A program made the translations under genes and the position numbers. This document shows positions 7,975-16,302 of a DNA stretch of 64,000 nt, in pieces. The DNA comes from an uncultured virus (IMG/VR IMGVR_UViG_3300020048_000074). Lineage: Duplodnaviria; Heunggongvirae; Uroviricota; Caudoviricetes. The stretch covers positions 1 through 64,000 of IMG/VR virus record IMGVR_UViG_3300020048_000074. One strand, given 5' to 3'. Under the pieces are notes generated by a model, which had not been told where the DNA came from, ran no database searches, and was given only the letters and a program-made list of their open reading frames with translations. How positions within the stretch are numbered: the first letter of the stretch is position 1; each line of letters starts with the position of its first letter.

Positions 7975-8649
7975 TCAATCCTCCCCGGATAATGATACTT
8001 TCTTGACGCCCGTGCTCTCTTCTTTTTTACCGTTTAGCATTCTATTAGATTTTTGCTGTTTTGGACCCATGCCCTCCGAAGGCTCCGTAGTGCCCTTAAA
8101 CGGATCGGGAGCGCCGCCCAGCACGGAAACATCGTCGAAACCCTCACCTGTGGCAGCCTGTAGCGGGCTGGGACCCTCTTTCAGGAACATCAAACTGCCG
8201 AAAGATGTCAATTTCTCTATCTCGACCTTCCGGAACGGGGAGATGGTAAAATAGACCGGACCAACATGCCCCTCGTACAAGGTGTCGGAAGTCAGCATGA
8301 TGATATCAGCCACGTCTTGGTTAAGCAGTATCTTTGCCGTCACCCCCTTTGGGATCGGCTCGGAAAACTCGATCTGAGATTGCACCCTATAAAAGGAACC
8401 CGGGCGAAGCAGCACGAGGCCGGAACCCAGAGGATCAAACCGTCTACCGGAAAGTACCTGCTCCCGCTGGTTGTTGAAATACAACCGAACCGACCCGCTG
8501 AGGTCAGTTGTCCTTACGTCAAGAGTGCGAAGCACCAGATTGTTTCTTGAATCGTATTCAGTATTCCCGAACGACCCGGGACCCACTGATTTAAAAATAG
8601 ACTCAAGCTCACACGCGTTGATTACCATATCTCCCCCTTCATACAGCAA
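7975..8649 (-). CDS. dUTPase/dCTP deaminase-fold protein, apparently degenerate
   Basis: LLRPGSFY..IPKGVTAKI..LYEGHVGPVYFTI pattern; canonical RSS and IDxGY motifs altered. Confidence 0.5.
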   Translation of the reverse strand: MLYEGGDMVINACELESIFKSVGPGSFGNTEYDSRNNLVLRTLDVRTTDLSGSVRLYFNNQREQVLSGRRFDPLGSGLVLLRPGSFYRVQSQIEFSEPIPKGVTAKILLNQDVADIIMLTSDTLYEGHVGPVYFTISPFRKVEIEKLTSFGSLMFLKEGPSPLQAATGEGFDDVSVLGGAPDPFKGTTEPSEGMGPKQQKSNRMLNGKKEESTGVKKVSLSGED

Positions 8650-11143
8650 GCTTCAAGCCTACTGAATCGAATATGTCTTGCAGCCGGGATTCATTTTTTT
8701 GACCCCAGCGCTGATTCACTTCTACATCCACCTTCATGATAACCGGCATGGCTTTCACAGGTGACTCAAAAGCAACTTGTATTGTATCACGCATTGCTTC
8801 AACTTCATACTCTGGATCGTCTACGATAACACAGTCATGGACCGTATGCACTATTTTTCCCTGTAGCCTTTGAACCTGTATAGCCTGCCTGAGTCTAATC
8901 AGTCCGATGTAGGTGTAATCAGCGGCCCCGGATTGTATAGGGCTATTCATCGCCTGTCGTTCAGCCTTCCCGATGTCGCCCCATTGGTCGGATAATCCAA
9001 GAGGCAGCCTTCGCTTTCTTCCAAAGACAGAAACCACGTACCCGTTTTTCCGTACCAATGCTTTCTGCTTTTCCATCCATCGCGCCACGTTCGGCAAGCG
9101 CTCAAAGTACAGCCCCATGAACTCGGTAGCCGCTTCGATGGTTATACCTAAAGACTTTGCCAAGCCCATTTCGCTCATCCCATAAACAAGTCCAAAATTG
9201 ATAGCCTTGGCCATCCTTCGTTCCAGTTTAGTACATACATAAGTAGGTGGCAAGTTATAAATCCTACGGAACGTTTCTGAATGGATATCCAAACCCTCAG
9301 CAAAAGCTTTCAAGAAAGTTTGCTCACCACTTATCGCCGCGATGGTAGCCATCTCAGCACTCTTCAAATCTGCCTCTACAAGCAGGTTGCCTATACTTGA
9401 AATGTAAAGAGAACGTACCAACCTATCGGCAGGCACATTCTGAAGGGATGGCTGCGATGCGCTGCACCTTCCAGTCACCGCGCCGGTAAGATTGTAGTGA
9501 GTATGCGCCCTCCCATCTTCAGGCCATGTAAAATCTATAGCCTGCCCGATATGGGTACCGAGCATTGTGCTCGTATACGCTCGATCCAAAAGGAACTTGG
9601 CAATCTCGCTGTCAGGCTGCGTAGCGATAAACTCTATGCTATCACTATCGGCACTGTACCCTCCCTTTGTTTCTTTCAGAGGCGCAAACTTCATTTCCTT
9701 ATACAAAACTTTTTGAAGTTGAATCGGGCTGTCGATGTTAAACTCTCTGCCCGCGCATCGATATATTTCCCGTTCTAGTTTCACGATTGTCTCTTTGCAT
9801 GCTTCACCTATTTTTACAGCCAGTTCCGTATCAACGCGTATCCCGTTTATTTCAGCGTCACTCATAACCCGGCGAACTGGCATGGCTATCTTTTCAAATA
9901 CCGACTCTACTTTTTCAATAGCCATAATCGGTTTAGTGGTTACATATATAATCCACGTGGCAATAGCATCATAAGAACCGTAAGGTGCCAGAAGCTCAAC
10001 AGGTATTTTAGAATAGTCCTCTTTTATCTTGTTCTCTTTTTTGTACTTTTCTAATGGAGTATCATACCCACCAAACTTGGTGTGCAGCCAAGCCAAATCC
10101 TTTAAGCGTTTAGAAAAGTTCTCATCTATAAGGTGGCAGCCTATCATAGTATCAAAATACTTGACGCCATTCACCTTGATCCCGTATACCATAGTCAAGA
10201 TGCGGACCTCGTAAGCTCCGTTATGCATTATCTTGTAATACTCTTTTCCGGATATAAGCTCAACAAATAAATTGTATATGTCTCTACGCGAGTTTAAAAC
10301 TTCCCAGCTAAAATAGTATCCCAAATCAGGCTGGTTACTAAACGAGCAACCTATCACCCACTTATCGATAGTTCGACCTTTACCCCCGGTTTCAATATCA
10401 AAAGCAAACGCCTTAGACTCTTGAAAACGTTTCAAGACGGCTAAGGCTATTCTGGGTTCAGTGACATACACCGATTTCGGCATAGGTGCATCAGGCAACT
10501 CAAGCTTACTCGTGGCCCATGCCTTTTTGAGATCAGCGACAATCAACCCGGATGTATAACTGGAATACCCGCGTTTCGTAACACAAGCGGTAGGGTGCAG
10601 CGTAGGCATCAGCCAGCACCCAAACTCCTGAAGCCAAACCATCTTGCCTTGCCAGCGGCCAATCCCGCTTACCTTACTGTCCTGCTTTTTCGCAGTGCCC
10701 TCTTCGGCACCGCCCTTATAAAAAGATTGCAGCATGGACGCAAGTGGAACGTTACCCATGGCTACGATTACTTTTGGCTTAACCATTTTTATTTCAGCTT
10801 CAAGGTATCGCCTGCATCGCATTATTTCGCTTACCGTTGGTACCTTGTCTTTAAGTGTATGACAACGAACCGCGTGACTAAACCGTATTTTGGATTCTGG
10901 TATTTTGGCGTCAACGAGTAATCGATCTCTAAGGTATTCACCGATAGCATCCATGAAGGGACGGTTCATGGAGTCATCGAACGCGCTTGGGTTTTCCCCC
11001 AGTATCATAACGTCAGCGTTGGACGGTCCTTCCCCTTCCATGCAAACAGATGAGGAATTCGCACAATGCTTGGCACAAAGTTGACAGGTAGGCCAGTAGC
11101 CTACTCCGTCTGGGATAACTTGCTTGTCAACTCTTCCAGCCAT
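8639..11143 (-). CDS. polA: family A DNA polymerase with N-terminal family-4 UDG-like domain and 3'-5' exonuclease
   Basis: CxxC..GEGP..GENP..PF UDG motifs; FDIET exonuclease; ADLKSAE, RRMAKAINFGLVYG, TVHD polymerase motifs. Confidence 0.95.
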   Translation of the reverse strand: MAGRVDKQVIPDGVGYWPTCQLCAKHCANSSSVCMEGEGPSNADVMILGENPSAFDDSMNRPFMDAIGEYLRDRLLVDAKIPESKIRFSHAVRCHTLKDKVPTVSEIMRCRRYLEAEIKMVKPKVIVAMGNVPLASMLQSFYKGGAEEGTAKKQDSKVSGIGRWQGKMVWLQEFGCWLMPTLHPTACVTKRGYSSYTSGLIVADLKKAWATSKLELPDAPMPKSVYVTEPRIALAVLKRFQESKAFAFDIETGGKGRTIDKWVIGCSFSNQPDLGYYFSWEVLNSRRDIYNLFVELISGKEYYKIMHNGAYEVRILTMVYGIKVNGVKYFDTMIGCHLIDENFSKRLKDLAWLHTKFGGYDTPLEKYKKENKIKEDYSKIPVELLAPYGSYDAIATWIIYVTTKPIMAIEKVESVFEKIAMPVRRVMSDAEINGIRVDTELAVKIGEACKETIVKLEREIYRCAGREFNIDSPIQLQKVLYKEMKFAPLKETKGGYSADSDSIEFIATQPDSEIAKFLLDRAYTSTMLGTHIGQAIDFTWPEDGRAHTHYNLTGAVTGRCSASQPSLQNVPADRLVRSLYISSIGNLLVEADLKSAEMATIAAISGEQTFLKAFAEGLDIHSETFRRIYNLPPTYVCTKLERRMAKAINFGLVYGMSEMGLAKSLGITIEAATEFMGLYFERLPNVARWMEKQKALVRKNGYVVSVFGRKRRLPLGLSDQWGDIGKAERQAMNSPIQSGAADYTYIGLIRLRQAIQVQRLQGKIVHTVHDCVIVDDPEYEVEAMRDTIQVAFESPVKAMPVIMKVDVEVNQRWGQKNESRLQDIFDSVGLKLAV

Positions 11144-11364
11144 ACTTCCCCGTATTCTTTATGTCCTATGCTTATCAAGCCTAGAATAGCAGCCACGGAA
11201 ACTCCGGGACTTGCTTTCCAGTCAACCAATAATCCAGATGGAATCATAGCCGCCACGAGATACGATTCAGCGCGTACCACATTGGAAACTGCCATTTTCT
11301 TTTCATCGCTTAAAACAGCGTACTCCATGGCGATGCATCCTTGCGTAATTGGATGAAGCGTCAT
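11101..11364 (-). CDS. hypothetical protein
   Basis: 87-aa ORF, ATGA-coupled to upstream gene. Confidence 0.5.
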   Translation of the reverse strand: MTLHPITQGCIAMEYAVLSDEKKMAVSNVVRAESYLVAAMIPSGLLVDWKASPGVSVAAILGLISIGHKEYGEVWLEELTSKLSQTE

Positions 11365-12263
11365 TTTGAACCACCCTTCAATCGATCGTACAGGGTTTCC
11401 ATCCCACTCTTTAAAAGAATGTCAGAAAACCCTTCGCATGAATAATTGGAATCCACCCATACAATGGAATCCAAAGGAACGCCCCCCATAGTTATCAACT
11501 CTATGTTACGTTTCAATATCCAGCTATTCATTCTAAGCTTTTCTTCCCAAACATCTTTACCGACACGACGAAGCAGCAACGCTATGTTCCGCTCAAGATT
11601 ATCATGGGTCTGAGGCAAGGAATTGCATAACCAAGACGCCAATTTTTTAGGGAACCTTGGAACCCCAGATATGTTATCTGAAGGATCACCGGTAAGCGCT
11701 TTGAATAGCCACAACCGATCGGCAGGTACCGGATCGGCATTGAACTTCTTTTTAAACTTTTTGTCCATGTCCTCTCTGGTCACTATGAAGCTATGCTGGT
11801 AATACACATCCCCAAAGTTTACCAGTGACCACCAATCCCAGTCCCCTGAAGAATAAAGCGACTTGCGTTTATCGGAAGGTGCTAAAGTAGCCACCACGTC
11901 ATCGGCCTCGTAAGTCTCAGCGTAGCACTGCCGCATCCCTATGATCGGCAGGTACTTTTTTAGCTGCTCAACACCATCAAAAAACTCCTTGGTTTCTTCA
12001 GGAGTTTTTGAATCGTGTCGTTGCGCTTTGTATATGGGGTACTTTTTCTTTCTCCAAGAATCAGAGCCTTCCCAAACAACCACCATATCGATCCCGGGAT
12101 TTTTTTGGCGCAAGTCTAAAGCCAGCCTAGTAAACCCAAAAAGTATACCAGTCTTATGCCCGTGATAGGATAGCTCAGGCATCCCAAAATAGCTTCGAGA
12201 TACTAGGTTCATCCCATCGATGTATACCACCTCGTAGGGTTTGTAATCAGATAAACTTTTCAA
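11361..12263 (-). CDS. 5'-3' exonuclease / flap endonuclease
   Basis: IDGMN, WRKKKYPIYKAQR, EADD, SGDWD, LTGDPSDNISGV. Confidence 0.92.
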   Translation of the reverse strand: MKSLSDYKPYEVVYIDGMNLVSRSYFGMPELSYHGHKTGILFGFTRLALDLRQKNPGIDMVVVWEGSDSWRKKKYPIYKAQRHDSKTPEETKEFFDGVEQLKKYLPIIGMRQCYAETYEADDVVATLAPSDKRKSLYSSGDWDWWSLVNFGDVYYQHSFIVTREDMDKKFKKKFNADPVPADRLWLFKALTGDPSDNISGVPRFPKKLASWLCNSLPQTHDNLERNIALLLRRVGKDVWEEKLRMNSWILKRNIELITMGGVPLDSIVWVDSNYSCEGFSDILLKSGMETLYDRLKGGSK

Positions 12264-12430
12264 AACCTTTCCTCCCTACTGTCTTTCACAAACGGGATAT
12301 GCTGGATATACCCGCAGCATATACACACCGCTTTAATCCCCATGTCTGTTTCCTTAATAATGTCTTCAGGTTTTACATTGCGTATTTCCCGTCCACATTT
12401 TTCACAATGCACGCTTAGAGTATCACGCAT
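12260..12430 (-). CDS. 56-aa Zn-ribbon protein (absent from the ORF track)
   Basis: manual translation MRDTLSVHCEKCGRE..VCICCGY..; fills the gap and overlaps both neighbours. Confidence 0.6.
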   Translation of the reverse strand: MRDTLSVHCEKCGREIRNVKPEDIIKETDMGIKAVCICCGYIQHIPFVKDSREERF

Positions 12431-12650
12431 CCTTTTCTTCTATCTCTTCCAGCTTACGTGTTTGAGTATCGGTAAGCGTGTACCCGTTTACCAGACGATT
12501 TAAAATGCTTTCAAGGAACTCGTCTTCCCAGTCATTCGTCTCCCCATTAAAATCTATTTGATATTTTACCCGGGCCATAAGCTCAGTATTTTTCTGCTGC
12601 TTCTCCGCGTAATCATCTAGCTTGTTCATCGGGACCCTCTCTTTGCCCAC
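12423..12650 (-). CDS. small hypothetical protein
   Basis: NDWEDEFLESI..LTDTQ..L pattern. Confidence 0.6.
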   Translation of the reverse strand: MGKERVPMNKLDDYAEKQQKNTELMARVKYQIDFNGETNDWEDEFLESILNRLVNGYTLTDTQTRKLEEIEEKDA

Positions 12651-13120
12651 TCAGCGATCAACAGGGAATCGGCATCCCCATGTTTCTTTATAGCATCGGC
12701 GTGTTGTGGAAACAACCTAGAGCCGATATCCTTCGACGCCTTTTTCAATTCGTCACCCACGCAGCCGCTCGGCAAAAGCACTTTCTGCCATTGCTTTGAA
12801 TCAACGTATTCCAAAGACAACGAGTAGCGTTCAAGGCAACAGAGCACGGCTTCCAAACATCGTATGGCACTTATCGTAGCCTTGAACCTTCCGGGATTAA
12901 CCATGGGCCGCTCTAAGAAAACGCGTATACCGGTTTCACCGGCAACCCACTCGCTCAAAATCTTTTCAAACTCGTAAACCTTGACGCGAGTTATATTGGC
13001 TTTCGCTTTGGTATAGCTCTGCTCACTCTTCACAGGTATTATAGCGAACCGACAAGTGCTATCAGATATTAACGCGATAGAGCCTGTCACTCCGTTATCA
13101 ATACCTATATAGCAGCTCAC
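12626..13120 (-). CDS. RuvC-like Holliday junction resolvase
   Basis: IGIDNG, FLE, SKQWQK, DADSLLIA. Confidence 0.85.
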   Translation of the reverse strand: MSCYIGIDNGVTGSIALISDSTCRFAIIPVKSEQSYTKAKANITRVKVYEFEKILSEWVAGETGIRVFLERPMVNPGRFKATISAIRCLEAVLCCLERYSLSLEYVDSKQWQKVLLPSGCVGDELKKASKDIGSRLFPQHADAIKKHGDADSLLIAEWAKRGSR

Positions 13121-13512
13121 TGATTTTTCCCTGAAAAAGAATCAGAGCTGTAATCGAACTCTTGACCCTTCAAAGGCTTAACGATAATCCAGTTCACGTA
13201 GCTCGTGTTTTTGGATATCAATAAGCGGGAATAAAAAGCGAAGTAATCATTACTCAGCTTAAAGCTCGATGACGGGTCCACGGTGCTCCCCGGACTCCAA
13301 CGCTTTATATTCAGAATCAGCCAGATCGACGCTTTCTTCCAGCCCTCGGCAAACCTCGAAGCCGCTTCCTGCTCGATGTATTCGTATATGTGCGGATTCA
13401 CACAATGGAACTTCCAGAAACGAGAAAGCTTGGAAGGATCACAATCCTTGATAAGATACTCCCAACGCTTTGTTGCCGTAAGATTATCCAAACGCGTTTT
13501 TGACAAGTGCAT
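13117..13512 (-). CDS. hypothetical phage protein
   Basis: 131-aa ORF; FH..NP..Y and FKLSNDY..YSR pattern. Confidence 0.65.
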   Translation of the reverse strand: MHLSKTRLDNLTATKRWEYLIKDCDPSKLSRFWKFHCVNPHIYEYIEQEAASRFAEGWKKASIWLILNIKRWSPGSTVDPSSSFKLSNDYFAFYSRLLISKNTSYVNWIIVKPLKGQEFDYSSDSFSGKNQ

Positions 13513-13522
13513 AGTTACCTCC

Positions 13523-16132
13523 CTACCACTTAATAGATTCCCGGATGTACTCAGGTATGAACTTCCTACACCTCTTGTAGTACCACGGGAATCCGCTATC
13601 TAAAATATAAGTTACCGCACGCTCTTTGCTGCTTCTCACCGATCGGCCAAGCGCTTGAATAAACATTACCGTGGTCATCCACCCGTACCACTCGGGATCA
13701 AGTTCCATCTTCCTTGCTACTACCTTATCACCTAAACTCGGATATGGTATCTTACAAAATATCTGAACCTTGCTCAGGTCGCCGCGCAAATCAAGACCTT
13801 CCCGTAAACCACTTGCTACTATGATTGACCCCGGCTTGTTGGTGTGCTCCTCCAACATCTCCTGCGGTGTATCGTAATCCTTGTTGAACGTGTAGCGTGG
13901 ATCATCAAGATACCGCTTCAAATAACTTGCTATCTTTTCTGAATGCGTTTGTATAATCCCTTTTCTGTCCGGATGCATCGCAGCAATCTCTTCAATGATT
14001 TCCACGATCGAAGGAAGCGTAGCGTCTATATCCTTGTACCCCATTTTCCCGGCATACTTTTTTACTATTGGTCGATTCTCAGCGGGAAAGGAACTCGGAA
14101 CGGCAACGTAATAAACTTCAGCGGGATTAAGCCCCACATCTTTACAGAACATTTCTTTGTCAAGAATAGTCGCGCTCATCATGAGGGAGCGTTCACCGTA
14201 TTCAAACAACCAACGAGAAGCGTAGTCGCCAACGTATACCGGCCTGAACATTACCGAGGGAGCATACCTCCCAGTTTCCGAATAATCGAAAACATATTCT
14301 GCCGGGTTATCGCTTCCGCGCTCCGCAAGATACCGTTTCATTCGATGCACTATTTGAGATAGCTCTTGCATCCGAAACAAGCCCTCTTTGCTCAAGCCGT
14401 CAACCTCGAACTGGGCTTCAAACTTCGCGTACTCTTCGCAGTAATCCGCATACGCTGATTTAACAAACGAATCGTACTCGGCTAAAGTATCCGCTTCAGG
14501 AACCGTGATACCACCCCGGCTGTTTATAGTAAAAGAAAGAAACTCAGAAAACTTGTTTGCAATGTTATGGCAATTGTGCACTACAACGCCATTAACCACG
14601 TAGGTATGCAAATCCTCTACTTCAATATCATAGACTGAACCTTCAGGACACAATTCTTCAAATCTGCCATCACTTCCTTGTTTGATAACCTCAACACTCT
14701 CCACCCTAGCAAACCCAGAACGATTTCTTTCCGATGATCCTGCTCTTTCCGAACTAAAGAGCCATGAGAACCACCGTCCACCTCTACGGCTATTTGATAC
14801 GTTCGATTCGCCACATCTATCTTGTAGTGCTTTGGGCAACGATACTCTTCCCGAAGTAACACGGAAGTTGGTACAATCACTTCGGTTTCCCATCCGAGAC
14901 TTTTTGACAACAGAATTTGAGCTTTGGTTAAGCCCCTCCCGTTTCCACCTCTCACAGGGGGCTGCCAACCCATCGTCCGTAAAGTAGCCGATGCCTTTGC
15001 GCGTGTCTCCGCTGACTTCATGGGATTGTTTCGTGTCATACGAATCGAGGACGCATTGCGAGCCTCCACAGAGACAGTTCGCCCCATCATAGCAACAGAC
15101 TTTGCCGATAGACCACATTTTCTGGAACAGTACACTACCCCATGTCTTTTGTAGTGTGATATTTTCCCTTGGCTGAGACACACAAAAGAAGTTCCACAAA
15201 AACTGCACGATGCTTCCAAATAGTGGTAAGCGGCTTTTTCGTTTGATATTGGCCCACGTCTTCCCATAACCATTATTGTACTCCATGTTTTGCACAATGT
15301 CCATACCAAGTTTTAATTTATTAGCTTCTACCCACCCAGAGGCAGTCAAAAATAGATGGTTGCCAGTGCACCTCACGATAGACTGGTTTCCAAAAGTAAC
15401 TTGATAAAGAGTGCTTGTACTTTTAACAAACTTATTCAAAACCTTTTTAAGCTTAAAAGCTTTATTACCAACATCATAAGCCCAAACCATATCCCCAACT
15501 TTAATGTCATGTATCAACGTGTTACCACGCTCACACATCACAGGAGTTGATCCAACAAAACACTCATCAATGATTATAAGCTTCCTACCTTGGAACCCGG
15601 CACCGAAAGAGTTCTGGTAATAAAAAGAATCAAAGTTATGCACGGTGACCACCGCGCTCAAAGCGCTACCCTTCGCCCTTCGATAAGGGCACCCATCGCA
15701 GGGCATTCGTTTCTTCAAACGACAAGGGCCATTCGCGCAGGTAGTGCCTACATCCCCCGCTAAACATTCGTAAGCGCCCCGGCCCTTCATAACGAACATA
15801 TCAGAAAACTCAGACTCGTATTGATCCTGAAGTATTTTCTGAGCAGTCAAAATATGAGCATTTCCAGATTGAAACGCAAGTGCACGCGCTATATGACTTT
15901 TACCGGACCCTGTAGGTGCATCCACCACGACATGCCGGTAACCTTTCTCGTAAGCTGCCTCGATCTCTTCTATGGTTTCTCGTTGGTAAGGTCGGTAGGA
16001 TTCCGCAACGAAGTAATCCGTAGCTCTTCCTGAAGTGCCAAATATGTTTGTCTCCCCACCAACAGGATTGATATCCTCTCCCGGAGCTGCCCCGATGTCT
16101 GTATCAGTAAATGGTGCTTCGCACATAAACAT
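13523..16132 (-). CDS. DinG/XPD-like SF2 helicase containing an intein
   Basis: APTGSGKS, Cys cluster, DE|CH motif II split by the intein, MSAT, EGLD, QALGRSVR. Confidence 0.92.
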   Translation of the reverse strand: MFMCEAPFTDTDIGAAPGEDINPVGGETNIFGTSGRATDYFVAESYRPYQRETIEEIEAAYEKGYRHVVVDAPTGSGKSHIARALAFQSGNAHILTAQKILQDQYESEFSDMFVMKGRGAYECLAGDVGTTCANGPCRLKKRMPCDGCPYRRAKGSALSAVVTVHNFDSFYYQNSFGAGFQGRKLIIIDECFVGSTPVMCERGNTLIHDIKVGDMVWAYDVGNKAFKLKKVLNKFVKSTSTLYQVTFGNQSIVRCTGNHLFLTASGWVEANKLKLGMDIVQNMEYNNGYGKTWANIKRKSRLPLFGSIVQFLWNFFCVSQPRENITLQKTWGSVLFQKMWSIGKVCCYDGANCLCGGSQCVLDSYDTKQSHEVSGDTRKGIGYFTDDGLAAPCERWKREGLNQSSNSVVKKSRMGNRSDCTNFRVTSGRVSLPKALQDRCGESNVSNSRRGGRWFSWLFSSERAGSSERNRSGFARVESVEVIKQGSDGRFEELCPEGSVYDIEVEDLHTYVVNGVVVHNCHNIANKFSEFLSFTINSRGGITVPEADTLAEYDSFVKSAYADYCEEYAKFEAQFEVDGLSKEGLFRMQELSQIVHRMKRYLAERGSDNPAEYVFDYSETGRYAPSVMFRPVYVGDYASRWLFEYGERSLMMSATILDKEMFCKDVGLNPAEVYYVAVPSSFPAENRPIVKKYAGKMGYKDIDATLPSIVEIIEEIAAMHPDRKGIIQTHSEKIASYLKRYLDDPRYTFNKDYDTPQEMLEEHTNKPGSIIVASGLREGLDLRGDLSKVQIFCKIPYPSLGDKVVARKMELDPEWYGWMTTVMFIQALGRSVRSSKERAVTYILDSGFPWYYKRCRKFIPEYIRESIKW
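14617..15273 (-). CDS. Vsr/DUF559-like endonuclease with Zn finger and NUMOD3-like repeats, in a shifted frame inside the intein
   Basis: CSFC..YCSRKC, NPMKSAETRAKASATL, IDVA..IAVEVDGGSH..QDHRKE..GWRVLRLSNKEV; start 15273 (GGAG SD) or 15267. Confidence 0.88.
   Translation of the reverse strand: MVMGRRGPISNEKAAYHYLEASCSFCGTSFVCLSQGKISHYKRHGVVYCSRKCGLSAKSVAMMGRTVSVEARNASSIRMTRNNPMKSAETRAKASATLRTMGWQPPVRGGNGRGLTKAQILLSKSLGWETEVIVPTSVLLREEYRCPKHYKIDVANRTYQIAVEVDGGSHGSLVRKEQDHRKEIVLGLLGWRVLRLSNKEVMADLKNCVLKVQSMILK
15275..15303 (-). promoter_or_regulatory. internal sigma70-type promoter for the nested endonuclease
   Basis: TGGACA-17 nt-TACAAT, 7 nt before ATG at 15267. Confidence 0.6.
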
Positions 16133-16302
16133 ACTCCATTCTCAAGAATAAGCCGTAACCCAGAATGCCTACGATCAACCACGTGATGGGCGGCCACACC
16201 CCATTCAGAGTTGCACCCGATCCATGAACACCGCCCATCGCTTCTCGCTATAACCCGCGCTTGAAAGTCAGCGTCACTCTCAGCGTATGTAAACTCAATC
16301 AC
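15970..16302 (-). CDS. small HNH-family nuclease (NinG-like)
   Basis: CSWIGC..AAHHVVDR..ENGVCLCAKHH. Confidence 0.75.
   Translation of the reverse strand: MIEFTYAESDADFQARVIARSDGRCSWIGCNSEWGVAAHHVVDRRHSGLRLILENGVCLCAKHHLLIQTSGQLRERISILLVGRQTYLALQEELRITSLRNPTDLTNEKP

Larger units (their letters stand above)
14573..15562 (-). mobile_element. intein (330 aa) in helicase DECH motif
   Basis: CFVGSTPV block A, CTGNH block B, VYDIEV block F, VVHN/C block G. Confidence 0.93.
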
